The position numbers and the translations under genes were made by a program. Positions 34,900 to 43,314 of a stretch of DNA of 43,432 nt are shown here, one piece after another (position 1 is the stretch's first letter; each line of letters begins with the position of its first letter). Below the pieces are notes generated by a model. The model did no database searches. It was not told the DNA's origin and saw only the letters and a list, made by a program, of their open reading frames with translations. The DNA comes from an uncultured Myxococcales bacterium (GTDB lineage: Bacteria; Myxococcota_A; Polyangia; Palsa-1104; JAEUJZ01): the NCBI GenBank assembly GCA_937859535.1, contig CALLYL010000404.1, positions 1 through 43,432 on the forward strand. The letters are read 5' to 3'.

Positions 34900-36720
34900 A
34901 TGATCAACAAACCTCCCCATAGGTCAGTTTATTCATTTATTCATAAGATCCCCCATCTGGATGATGAAGAACTCACCACCGACTTCAATGTTACTGATGC
35001 CGACGAATTGCCCCCTATGCCTTCCTCTATCCCATCCGGAAGGTCATTTGACCCGCTTGGAACACTGTCGGAGCTTAACCATCAGGATGCATTTCGTGCT
35101 CTTCATGAACAGCCGGTCGATCCTGATCCATCGGTTCAAATCGCGGTATCCAGTCGCAGTGTAAACGATGAGTCGGTATCGACGCCTTGGGTCATAGGTG
35201 CCCCAGACCCGCAAGCGTCCAGTGAGTCGCTATCGATTCAGTTTACGCAAAGCAGTGCGTCGCCCCCTGACGTATCCAGCCCGGAGTCCGACATTTCCCT
35301 GGGATCGAGACAGAGTCTGCTCACGAATGACGAGGCCGAGTGTTCCGAAGACGACGCAGTATCCGGCACACAGCTCGGTACATCGGCAAAGTCGAGCAAG
35401 GAAGTCCTGTGGCAGACCCAGGAACCACTGCTGGCCCTTCGCAACATCACGCTGATGTATGGCGATCGACTACTCGTCAGAGAATTGGATCTGGACATTG
35501 GTAGCACGGGGCTCTACATCATCGTCTGCGCAGAGAGTTTCTGTCGCCGGTTGCTACCGATGATGCTGGCGGGAGTCATCAAGGGGGCCACCGTCCGCCT
35601 GGAAGGAAGCGTACTCTTTGCAGGAGAGAAGCTCGGTACCAAATCTCATCCTCAGCTTTGCACGATAAGCGCGAGCGAGCTGCTCATGACCTTGCGGGAG
35701 TTCTTCGGTCATGGTCAGGAAGATGACATCACCACGCGCATTCCCAAGCTCCTGTCTGGTACCGGGCTAGAGCACCTGAGCCAGCAGATGCATGAATGCA
35801 TTCACGGTCTCGATACGTATGCACGCCGCGCCGTGGCACTCATCCGAGCTGCCCTTGGTACAAGTCCCTTGCTGTGTCTCGATGGTCCGCTGGATGGACT
35901 TACTGATGAACCTTTACATTCGCTGGTCAGCCTCGTGCACCGGATCTCCGCAACTCGCGCGGTCCTGATTATGGAGTCTGAGCCAGGACCGTTCCTCACC
36001 ATGGCTCGCGGCGTGGCTTACTATCAAGACGGACGGATCGTGACCCAGTCCAACCCACAAGGCGTGGTCACAAGCTCTTCCAGGAAGGCACTGGGATCGC
36101 TCGCCGAGCCACTGTCACCCACCACGGTCCCTGCTCCACAGCAAATCCCTGCGCCATCGATGAGTGTTCACTCTGTACCTATTTCAGAACAGGAGCTGGA
36201 ACAACCACACCTGACGCCACGACCCACTGCGAATGGACAACAAGGCCCTCGCGGATTCCGTTGGTTGGTGCCAGGAAGTTTGGCGGGGACTCCCGAACCC
36301 GGCCTTCTGTTCGATATCGACTACGACTTGGCACTCCTCAAAGGAGCAGGGATCACCATGCTAGTCACCCTTACCGAACAGCCACTGCCAGAGTCTCTGC
36401 TCGAATCCCATGGACTCAAGAGTCTGTTCTTTCCGATCGTCGATATGAACGTGCCAAGCTGCCGCGCAACTGAGGATCTGTGCGCGTTGGTCGAAATGGC
36501 GCTCGAGCGGGGTGAAGTGATCGCATTCCACTGTAAGGCCGGCCTTGGTAGGACCGGTACGCTGCTCGTCTCCTACCTGATTTGGGAAGGCGCGCCCCCA
36601 GCCGAAGCACTACAAGTGGCCCGGTCGATCGAACCGGGCTGGGTACAGTCGCCAATCCAGGAGCAGTACTTGTTCGAGTTTGCTCAGTACTGCCAGCGTA
36701 AAACGCAGACTCGCTTGTAG
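34900..36720 (+). CDS. Three-part protein: acidic/Ser-rich disordered N-terminus, degenerate ABC-type ATPase (PstB-like) domain, Pro-rich linker, dual-specificity/PTP-like phosphatase domain
   Basis: ABC-like 'LALRNITLMYGDRLLVRELDLDI' but Walker A is 'CAESFCRRL' (vs GPSGCGKST), the signature is 'LDTYARR' (vs LSGGQQQR), and Walker B is 'LLCLDGP' (catalytic Glu replaced by Gly). Phosphatase P-loop 'HCKAGLGRTG' (CX5R) with upstream 'VDMNVP' general-acid Asp. GAGG 6 nt before ATG 34900. Confidence 0.75.
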   Translation: MINKPPHRSVYSFIHKIPHLDDEELTTDFNVTDADELPPMPSSIPSGRSFDPLGTLSELNHQDAFRALHEQPVDPDPSVQIAVSSRSVNDESVSTPWVIGAPDPQASSESLSIQFTQSSASPPDVSSPESDISLGSRQSLLTNDEAECSEDDAVSGTQLGTSAKSSKEVLWQTQEPLLALRNITLMYGDRLLVRELDLDIGSTGLYIIVCAESFCRRLLPMMLAGVIKGATVRLEGSVLFAGEKLGTKSHPQLCTISASELLMTLREFFGHGQEDDITTRIPKLLSGTGLEHLSQQMHECIHGLDTYARRAVALIRAALGTSPLLCLDGPLDGLTDEPLHSLVSLVHRISATRAVLIMESEPGPFLTMARGVAYYQDGRIVTQSNPQGVVTSSSRKALGSLAEPLSPTTVPAPQQIPAPSMSVHSVPISEQELEQPHLTPRPTANGQQGPRGFRWLVPGSLAGTPEPGLLFDIDYDLALLKGAGITMLVTLTEQPLPESLLESHGLKSLFFPIVDMNVPSCRATEDLCALVEMALERGEVIAFHCKAGLGRTGTLLVSYLIWEGAPPAEALQVARSIEPGWVQSPIQEQYLFEFAQYCQRKTQTRL

Positions 36721-36762
36721 TCTGCATCAAGTTTAGCAGTACCCACGCCATCGCCAGATCCA

Positions 36763-36800
36763 CAAAGAGAAAAGGCCCCGGATACGATACATCCAGAGCC
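36763..36800 (-). terminator. Rho-independent terminator for the repeat-protein gene
   Basis: Minus-strand RNA: GGCUCUGGAU-GUAUCGU-AUCCGGGGCC (10-bp stem including two G-U pairs) followed by UUUUCUCUUU, 64 nt after the stop at 36865. On the plus strand the same stem would carry C-A mismatches. Confidence 0.5.
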
Positions 36801-36864
36801 TTGCTCCGCGAAGCGTTCCTTTCGCCAATTCTGTCTAGACAGGAATCAGCTCAACAGGAAGTGC

Positions 36865-37242
36865 TTACTTGGCGGGCTTCTCGGCGGGCTTCTCGGCCTT
36901 CTTCTCGGCCTTGTCAGCGACCTTCTCACCCTTCGCTTCGAGCTTCTCGCCCTTCTTCTCCATCTTCTCGCCAGCCTTCTCCATCTTCTCTCCGGCCTTC
37001 TCCATCTTCTCGCCGGCCTTCTCCATCTTCTTGTCGCCAGCCTTCTCGCCGGCCTTTTCCATCTTCTCGCCCTTCTTCTCTAGTTTCTCGCCCTTCTTCT
37101 CCATCTTCTCGCCCTTCTTCTCCATCTTCTCGCCAGCCTTCTCCATCTTCTCTCCGGCCTTCTCACCCTTGTTGGCAAGAGCGGGAGCGATGTTTCCGAG
37201 AGCGAACGCGGCGGCAACGGCGAGGACAATCTGCTTGTTCAT
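36865..37242 (-). CDS. Small secreted Lys/Glu/Met-rich heptad-repeat protein
   Basis: AGGAGA 7 nt upstream of the ATG. Signal peptide 'MNKQIVLAVAAAFALGNIAPALA'. The mature part is ~12 copies of EKMEKAG/EKMEKKG/EKLEKKG, then 'AEKKAEKPAEKPAK'. Confidence 0.75.
   Translation of the reverse strand: MNKQIVLAVAAAFALGNIAPALANKGEKAGEKMEKAGEKMEKKGEKMEKKGEKLEKKGEKMEKAGEKAGDKKMEKAGEKMEKAGEKMEKAGEKMEKKGEKLEAKGEKVADKAEKKAEKPAEKPAK
36868..37173 (-). repeat. In-frame 21-bp tandem repeat array (unit about CTTCTCCATCTTCTCGCCGGC on the plus strand) encoding the heptads
   Basis: Visible 21-nt periodicity over ~300 nt. It leaves two of the three opposite-strand frames open as well, giving the spurious ORFs 36801-37244 and 36869-37387. 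Confidence 0.8.
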
Positions 37243-37538
37243 GATATTTCTCCTGGTTCTGTACGTTGGTGTTTTGAAAGACTTCGCAGCTCACAACTTC
37301 GTGAACCGTCGACTTGACCAAACACATGAGCACCCGCCGTGCCAGCGCAGGAATTGCCACGCCGAGGAGAAGGACCATCGTCGGTAGAATGTGCGATGCA
37401 CCAGTACGTGAAGTGGATCTCTGTAGCCTCCGCATGCCCCACTGGCCGCAACAACGCCCCTTGGCATGTGGCACTTTTGCAGTACGACCGATTTGCCCAT
37501 GACAAAACGGTCCTGCCGCAGCTCACCATGAACTATCA

Positions 37539-38495
37539 TTGAAGGGAATGAATCCGTCTGCAGCGCTTGATGCCCTCAGCGCCACCTTCACGCTGGCCTC
37601 TATCGAGACACTGATCCAGGAACTGACCCAAACGACGCCGAACACCGCTCTCCATCGTCTGGCAGCAGCCCGCGCACTCGCTGGGCGGGGAGCACTGCCC
37701 ACTCCGGCCCTCGTTGCACTAGCCAGTGCACTCGCGGACGTCGGCTCGGTCAACATGGAACCGGACATCATTCCGGATCCGTACATGACGCCGCCCGAAG
37801 CGATTCACTACGAAGCGGTTGCCGATGCCGCACTGGCCACCTTGGCAGGGCAAGCAGGCCGAGCGATTCCAGCAGTGTGTGACGCGTTTCTTCGACGGCA
37901 AGCATACTCCTATCAACTCCACAAGTTCCTGGCCTCTCTACAAGGTGAAGAGCTACTGGCTGTTCCCGAACCGGTCCTTTCTGATGCCATTGCGGTCATC
38001 CTGAGCGCGGATCGCCTACATCAGGGACAAGCATCCGTATCCATTCTGTCTTGGGCACGAACCGAGCAGCAGAATCCTGACCCGCTGCTGGCCCAGTTGG
38101 TCTGCCCGATCGGACAAGTCCGCGCCACTGCGGCCATCGCGCTCGCCACTCGTGATCGAGAAGCCGCCCTGCCCCACCTACTGCGCGCCGCCCAGGACAC
38201 CGATGCAGAGGCGGTCTGCGGAGTAGTGCGCGCACTTCATTCCTTGATCCAAGCACAAACGCCTCTCGATGATGGCGCGCTCAACACGCTGGAACGACTC
38301 GCGGCTACCCACAGCGCGGCAGCAGAGATGGTCAAGGTGTGCGAGATGTTCGAACGCTTAGGTACAAGGGCTCAGTTCGCAGCGACCACGCTGCAACTGT
38401 TGGCAGACCGGGCACCGCTGGATGTCTACGACACCCACACCAGAGCGGTTGGTCGCGCAGCAGCGCGGGCACTGCGTGCAATGACCACCAAGTAG
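37539..38495 (+). CDS. HEAT/ARM-like alpha-helical repeat protein (hypothetical)
   Basis: Ala/Leu-rich helical repeats, e.g. 'VRATAAIALATRDREAALPHLLRAAQDTDAEAVCGVVRALHSL' (HEAT_2-like). Start is TTG 37539 or ATG 37548. Confidence 0.5.
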   Translation: MKGMNPSAALDALSATFTLASIETLIQELTQTTPNTALHRLAAARALAGRGALPTPALVALASALADVGSVNMEPDIIPDPYMTPPEAIHYEAVADAALATLAGQAGRAIPAVCDAFLRRQAYSYQLHKFLASLQGEELLAVPEPVLSDAIAVILSADRLHQGQASVSILSWARTEQQNPDPLLAQLVCPIGQVRATAAIALATRDREAALPHLLRAAQDTDAEAVCGVVRALHSLIQAQTPLDDGALNTLERLAATHSAAAEMVKVCEMFERLGTRAQFAATTLQLLADRAPLDVYDTHTRAVGRAAARALRAMTTK

Positions 38496-38553
38496 GAATC
38501 TGTAAGTGTTCAAGCGCACGCAGAGTCTGCGGAGTCAGGCCAATGTCTAGTGC

Positions 38554-39246
38554 TCAGCGCTGGAAGTACAGGGTCAGATCGCTCCCCAACCAATCCACCA
38601 GTTCTGCGGCCACCTGCGGATTGACTCCAGCCCCATGTAGTCTGCGATGGATCTCTGCCAGGGGTGTCTCTTCAGGAAGACTGTGGGCTTTGAGTACCGC
38701 CAGTTGCTGCGCAGGAGTGTTCGGTGGCTGCGAAGTCAGGCCCGGCCAATAGGACACGAATCCGCGACGGGCCCCCACCGTAAGATAGTCTGTCAAAGAC
38801 TCGAACCGAGCGGGGTGATCGTACAGATGAAGCAGAACACTGCGATCGGGCAGGAGCGCAAACGTAGTACATTCCCCGTTCCAGCTCTCCGGTACATCAA
38901 AGAGGATCCAACTCTCCACCGCAGGAACAGAGCCGTCGACCTCCGGCACCCACTCGGGCTTTTCCAGCTCCCCCGGTCCCGCTAGTGCCGAGAGTGTGAC
39001 GCCACCCGTAATGGGAGTGCCATCACTGGCCTTTGGACCGGTGTAGGAACAAGTGAAGGAGGCCAGCTCGCGAGAGAACCGGCGAAAGTCATCCGGAATC
39101 CGCAGATCCCAGCTCGTTTGATCGGCCACTGATGGTAGTTCTGCCGTGCCAATCGTGAAGGTATCAAACTTCAGGTCTGCTCGCTGTCGCAACAGCGAAA
39201 ACAGGGTCCGCAGCCGCGTAGCCAAAGATGTGTTCACGGTAGCCAT
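38554..39246 (-). CDS. Hypothetical cytoplasmic protein (weak SMI1/KNR4-SUKH-like flavour)
   Basis: 230-aa ORF with ordinary composition. 'LRIPDDFRRFSRE' vaguely resembles the SUKH 'LPxDYxxF' motif. No firm family call. Confidence 0.5.
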   Translation of the reverse strand: MATVNTSLATRLRTLFSLLRQRADLKFDTFTIGTAELPSVADQTSWDLRIPDDFRRFSRELASFTCSYTGPKASDGTPITGGVTLSALAGPGELEKPEWVPEVDGSVPAVESWILFDVPESWNGECTTFALLPDRSVLLHLYDHPARFESLTDYLTVGARRGFVSYWPGLTSQPPNTPAQQLAVLKAHSLPEETPLAEIHRRLHGAGVNPQVAAELVDWLGSDLTLYFQR

Positions 39247-39476
39247 CTCCTACACTTCGAGTGTCGCTGGGCACCCAGCTAACGCCAATAGAGGTCTTCT
39301 GGTCCGTGCCAATCCTACCACGAAACCGCGACGGACTCACGGCCAACATGACGGTCAAACCCAGAGTAGCAGGATGGAGGAACCAGGCGGCAACCTCGAC
39401 GCGCAGCCTACGCCGAAAGGAGTGTGTCGCAACATATCCTGCTGGCGTCTCTCCTATCCTGCTGCGAATCCAGCCA

Positions 39477-40184
39477 TCAAAACTTCCCTCGCAAGACTAG
39501 CTGCGTTCCCATGGAGATAGGCGGTTGAGACACGGCGGGCGCGACGATCGGTGCAGCAGAAATCTGGAGACGCTCCAAGCTGTGATGGTACTGATTCGCT
39601 CTCTGCCCAGCGAAGACATCGAAGACCAGCAGACCCGCACTCTCTAGCGCAAGACCCAAACCGACCCCGGTAAGCGTCTCGTTGCGCGTGCCTCCACCCA
39701 CAGCGGCCAGGCCAACACCACCTGCCAGCAGCGTGACCTCGATGGCTTCAATCAGCGTGAACTGGAGATTGATCCGGCGCATCCGGCGTAGCTCGGTGGC
39801 ACGGGTGGCTTGCGGATCCTCCGCAAAGCCACGCTCTAACTGCCGCACCTGTCGCGGAGTGCGAGCAGAGAAGAGCAGTCCTCCAGCGAACTCCAATGCA
39901 CCAATGATCAGCACAGGATACGCAAAACCACGCCACAGAGCTCGGTCCTGTGCCAGCAACCCTCCTCCCAGCGCCACCGCAGGAGCCCCCATCGCCATCA
40001 GTACGAACCCACCGCGCATCTCTTTGTGAAGGTACTGGTGCATTTCATGCTGCAACTCCGGAAGCGACAACGGAGTGGCCAACACAGACGCAGCCGGTGG
40101 CTCGGCGCGAGCCTCAGCGAAACGAAGGAGGAAGGCCGTCACGAAGGTCAGAATGACCAGGATTCGGGCGCGAAGAGCTAGCAT
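39477..40184 (-). CDS. Membrane protein, signal/anchor plus ~4 TM segments (hypothetical)
   Basis: Start at ATG 40184 gives 'MLALRARILVILTFVTAFLLRFAEARA'. Gly/Ala-rich TM helices ('GFVLMAMGAPAVALGGGLL', 'YPVLIIGALEFAGGLLF', 'LLAGGVGLAAVGGG'). Confidence 0.6.
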   Translation of the reverse strand: MLALRARILVILTFVTAFLLRFAEARAEPPAASVLATPLSLPELQHEMHQYLHKEMRGGFVLMAMGAPAVALGGGLLAQDRALWRGFAYPVLIIGALEFAGGLLFSARTPRQVRQLERGFAEDPQATRATELRRMRRINLQFTLIEAIEVTLLAGGVGLAAVGGGTRNETLTGVGLGLALESAGLLVFDVFAGQRANQYHHSLERLQISAAPIVAPAVSQPPISMGTQLVLRGKF

Positions 40185-40327
40185 GTTCGCTCTTGTATCG
40201 CTTGACCCTCTGTCTAGGCAAGCGGTGTCACAAACTGCGCTGATACACAGCGAAGACAGAGCGAGACAGATACGCCGGGCTGACCCGGAAGACAACCAGC
40301 AGAGCAACCGTACTTTCCTACACTGGT

Positions 40328-41905
40328 TCAGTTGGTTCGATTGAGCAGCACGGTCAGCTTCGGACTACCAGAATGCACGACGGCCAGATCACGCTGTCCT
40401 TTGCCATCCAGATCCGCAATCACAATCGAACGAGGCTCTCGATCCACAGCGAGTCGGATCGGTGGATCAAAGGAGCCATCCCTCCGTCCGATCATCACGG
40501 CAATGGTCGGTAGCGTGGTGTCACAGACAGCCACATCCACGATTCCGTCCCCATTGACGTCGCCACTGGCAATGCAGGTTGGTCCATAGCCAGGGAGTCC
40601 GAACCGGTACTCATAGTCCGCCGGGCGGTCACTCACCGTCCCCGTTGAGCCACCAAACATTCCTTGGACAAATCCTTTGTTTAGGAATACCTGAAGCGAG
40701 CTACTCCGAGCACTCACCACCGCCAAATCCGGCTTCTGATCTCCATTGAAATCATCGGTGAGGATTCCGGTCGGCTCGTTCCCGGCCGTGAAGATGGAAG
40801 AGAGCGTGAACCCGCTCTCCTTGTCGCCTCCCAACAGAATGCTGACGTTGCCGATTCCTTCGGTGGTGCGAATCACTGCGACATCGGCCCGTCCATCGGA
40901 GTTAAAGTCCGCCACCGCCATCCGGGTAAGGGAGTCTCCCACTGCGAGCGGAGTAGGTCGTGGTGCGCTGTCCTTGGCCACAAACGCCGTGGAACTCGTT
41001 CCTAGCAGCAATGACACACAAGGTCGCGAACGAAGAGAAGCCGCAACATCAACCAATCCATCGCCATTAAAGTCTCCCACTGCGACGCTGTGCGTATCGC
41101 TGCCGCTCTGGCATTCACCACTCATCAGGCCGGTGCTGTTCACGATCTGTGTACGGTTTGTGAACTGACCACTGGCACCGTTCATGAACAGAGAAAGGGA
41201 ATCACCGGACCCACTGGTCAGTAAGTCCCGGCGGGTGTCGTTGTTTACATCGATGGCCTTCACCGACATCGCTTGGGTCGGAATGTCAAAGATTTGCGGA
41301 GCCCGATACGTACCGTCTCCCACGCCATAGAGCACACTCAGGACTCCACCGGTCGTGCTGCTCGCAGTGGCGGATTTTGGCGTTCCCACCACCGCCAGGT
41401 CGATCACCGAGTCCTCGTTCAAGTCCACCGCGATCAGGTCTGCACTGCTCGTTGTGAGCGTTACGTCGCGACGATTCACGCGAAGCCCGAGGGGCATGAC
41501 TTGCGTCGAATGCTCGTCCCCACCAAGACTCGTTTCTATGCTACCGCTCGCCTGTTCGCTGCCGTCGTCGCTAAGGCCGAGCACCCCGACGCTCCGCACG
41601 CTGTCGGCGGCCACACCAGGTGGTGGCAGGACACGAAAGGTGCGCGGCAGCTCTCCGCCCTGCTCGGTCGCACCCCGACGTAGAGCGGCGAGCGGCTCCT
41701 CTGATATGGAATAGCGCCATTCGATCTCGTAGCTGGTATAGCTGCCGGCACCTTCGACGCGCAGATCCAGACAGGCTCCATCGACTCCGCGACAGACTGG
41801 GGCGCAGGAACCCCCGACCGCCAGAACCGTCATGGCTAGTAGCGGACCAGCCAACAGTGAATAAGCACGCGAATAGGCCACGGATCTTCTCATCATGGAA
41901 GCCAA
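40328..41905 (-). CDS. Secreted FG-GAP/VCBS-repeat (integrin-alpha-type beta-propeller) protein
   Basis: Signal peptide, then seven Ca-binding-type repeats: 'DLNEDSVIDLAVVG', 'DVNNDTRRDLL', 'GDFNGDGLVDVA', 'ADFNSDGRADVAV', 'DDFNGDQKPDLAVV', 'GDVNGDGIVDVAV', 'ADLDGKGQRDLAVV'. Confidence 0.85.
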   Translation of the reverse strand: MASMMRRSVAYSRAYSLLAGPLLAMTVLAVGGSCAPVCRGVDGACLDLRVEGAGSYTSYEIEWRYSISEEPLAALRRGATEQGGELPRTFRVLPPPGVAADSVRSVGVLGLSDDGSEQASGSIETSLGGDEHSTQVMPLGLRVNRRDVTLTTSSADLIAVDLNEDSVIDLAVVGTPKSATASSTTGGVLSVLYGVGDGTYRAPQIFDIPTQAMSVKAIDVNNDTRRDLLTSGSGDSLSLFMNGASGQFTNRTQIVNSTGLMSGECQSGSDTHSVAVGDFNGDGLVDVAASLRSRPCVSLLLGTSSTAFVAKDSAPRPTPLAVGDSLTRMAVADFNSDGRADVAVIRTTEGIGNVSILLGGDKESGFTLSSIFTAGNEPTGILTDDFNGDQKPDLAVVSARSSSLQVFLNKGFVQGMFGGSTGTVSDRPADYEYRFGLPGYGPTCIASGDVNGDGIVDVAVCDTTLPTIAVMIGRRDGSFDPPIRLAVDREPRSIVIADLDGKGQRDLAVVHSGSPKLTVLLNRTN

Positions 41906-43314
41906 CCAACCTTGTCATGGGACATTGGGACCAAGCCAAGCACGAGGCCCGTCGCCACCGCCGCTGCCGCCACACCCACGCCAGTCCAGAGCCACCAGCG
42001 ACGATAGACGGGGATCTTCGGCTTCTCGGTTCGCACCACGGTCTGAGCCAGTGGCTCAAGTGATAGATCGAGGGTCAGAGTCTGGGTCGGCGGTAGCGTC
42101 ACCTCGGTATGCACAGGTCGATAGCCGGCAGCTCGCACGGTAAGCTGGATTGGCTCGGCCCATAACAGGCGCCGCAGTGGCGTCATACCCAGCCGCGATT
42201 TGCCCGACAGAACCTCAGCGGACACCGGCTGGGTCGTCACCGTCAAGGTACTGCTCTTCCGTTTGAGAGCACCAGAGAGCAGCGATGGCAACGTGCGTCC
42301 GAGCAGGTTCACAACCTCGGAGGGAGTGCAGCGCGGGCACTTGGTCTCGACCGCTGCCGCTGGATCGGTGATATCGCGATGCCGCACCGCCAGCTTCAGC
42401 GAGTAACCTTCCCCCTTGTCCATCCGCCGCAGCGACGCATGAAGGATGTACTCGACGTCTACTTTCTGCGCCAAGAGCTGCTGACAGTTGGCCTTGCCCG
42501 TGCAGTCTCGAAGATGCGGAGCCGACAGCAGCGCTTGATCCACCGGTAGTACAGTCTGCTCGACGGAGCGCACCGACTGCTCGATGGTCGTTGCCAGATC
42601 CGACTGAGCCTCGGGTAGCGTCGTGCCAAGGTCATTCACCGTCAGGATTGCCGGCAAGAGCGACACCAGCAGTGTGCCGGTGCCCCGGTCGAACCGAACC
42701 TCGAACTGCCGACCTGCGGAGATCGCCACCTGACCGCTCAAGCGCTTGTTGGGATACTCAATGACCAGTCGGTGATCGCCAGGAGACAGCAGCAGCGGCG
42801 ATGGCAAGGGCAGCACGCCCACCAGGCGCTCATCGACCGAGACCAGCGCACCGGGATCGGCCAGCACAATCACCCGCCCCGCCGGTGGCAATGGTCCGGC
42901 AATCACGCCCTGCACCAACTGCGCCATCGGTTCGTCAGGTTTGCGGGCTGGATCCAGAAGATAGCGTCTCAGCAAGTCCTGGGCTTCCAGATTCCGCTGC
43001 TCGACCGTCGCCAACCGTCCCAGGTGCAGCAGTCCTTCGGCGCTCGGTGCCAGCCGAAAAGCCTCGGACAGCGCAGCATAGGCCCGCGAGTAGTCCTTTT
43101 CCGTCAGCGCCTGCAATCCCTGCTCGGTGAGCTTCTCCGCAGGAGAAAGCTGCACCAGCGGTGGCTTGCGAGGCCTCGCCTCGCTGGGTTGAGGAGCAAG
43201 GCAAGCCGCCACCACCGCGATGATCGAGATGACCCGCGACACCACCTTCCAAAACTGACGGCGAGGTCCACCCTGTAAGCCCCCCCCTCGCCCGATCAAG
43301 TGCCGCGCAGACAT
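41893..43314 (-). CDS. PEGA-domain protein with an N-terminal signal/TPR-like helix pair and a C-terminal TM anchor
   Basis: PEGA-like segments 'VIVLADPGALVSVDERLVGVLPL...LSPGDHRLVIEY' and 'LTVTTQPVSAEVLSGKSRLGMTPL...LTVRAAGYRP'. C-terminal 'WWLWTGVGVAAAAVATGLVLGLV'. The stop overlaps the FG-GAP gene start by 13 nt. Confidence 0.7.
   Translation of the reverse strand: MSARHLIGRGGGLQGGPRRQFWKVVSRVISIIAVVAACLAPQPSEARPRKPPLVQLSPAEKLTEQGLQALTEKDYSRAYAALSEAFRLAPSAEGLLHLGRLATVEQRNLEAQDLLRRYLLDPARKPDEPMAQLVQGVIAGPLPPAGRVIVLADPGALVSVDERLVGVLPLPSPLLLSPGDHRLVIEYPNKRLSGQVAISAGRQFEVRFDRGTGTLLVSLLPAILTVNDLGTTLPEAQSDLATTIEQSVRSVEQTVLPVDQALLSAPHLRDCTGKANCQQLLAQKVDVEYILHASLRRMDKGEGYSLKLAVRHRDITDPAAAVETKCPRCTPSEVVNLLGRTLPSLLSGALKRKSSTLTVTTQPVSAEVLSGKSRLGMTPLRRLLWAEPIQLTVRAAGYRPVHTEVTLPPTQTLTLDLSLEPLAQTVVRTEKPKIPVYRRWWLWTGVGVAAAAVATGLVLGLVPMSHDKVGWLP

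Noticed and set aside
34576-35200. AT-rich island as a mobile element or prophage remnant
   Set aside because: There is no integrase or transposase ORF, no terminal inverted repeats flanking a unit, and no tRNA or direct-repeat att-like sites. It is better explained as a regulatory spacer plus a low-GC 5' coding region.
36831-36842. 12-bp palindrome CTGTCTAGACAG just downstream of the repeat-protein stop
   Set aside because: As RNA it gives at most a 4-bp stem with a 4-nt loop and no U-tract. The stronger hairpin plus U-tract at 36763-36800 is the better terminator candidate.
36868-37173. Regular short repeats that might suggest a CRISPR array
   Set aside because: The 21-bp units are contiguous with no spacers, they are in frame, and they encode a heptad-repeat protein. 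No cas genes are present.
36801-37387. Two plus-strand ORFs (147 aa Ser/Pro/Arg-rich; 172 aa Phe/Ser-rich) over the repeat locus
   Set aside because: Both are by-products of the 21-bp in-frame repeat, which keeps two of the plus-strand frames open. Only the minus-strand frame has an SD, a signal peptide and a terminator.
37461-37482. Sigma54-like string TTGGCATGTGGCACTTTTGCAG upstream of the HEAT-like gene
   Set aside because: The GG-to-GC spacing is 16 nt or 9 nt for the two possible registers, not the 12 nt required by TGGCAC-N5-TTGC. No bEBP gene is nearby.
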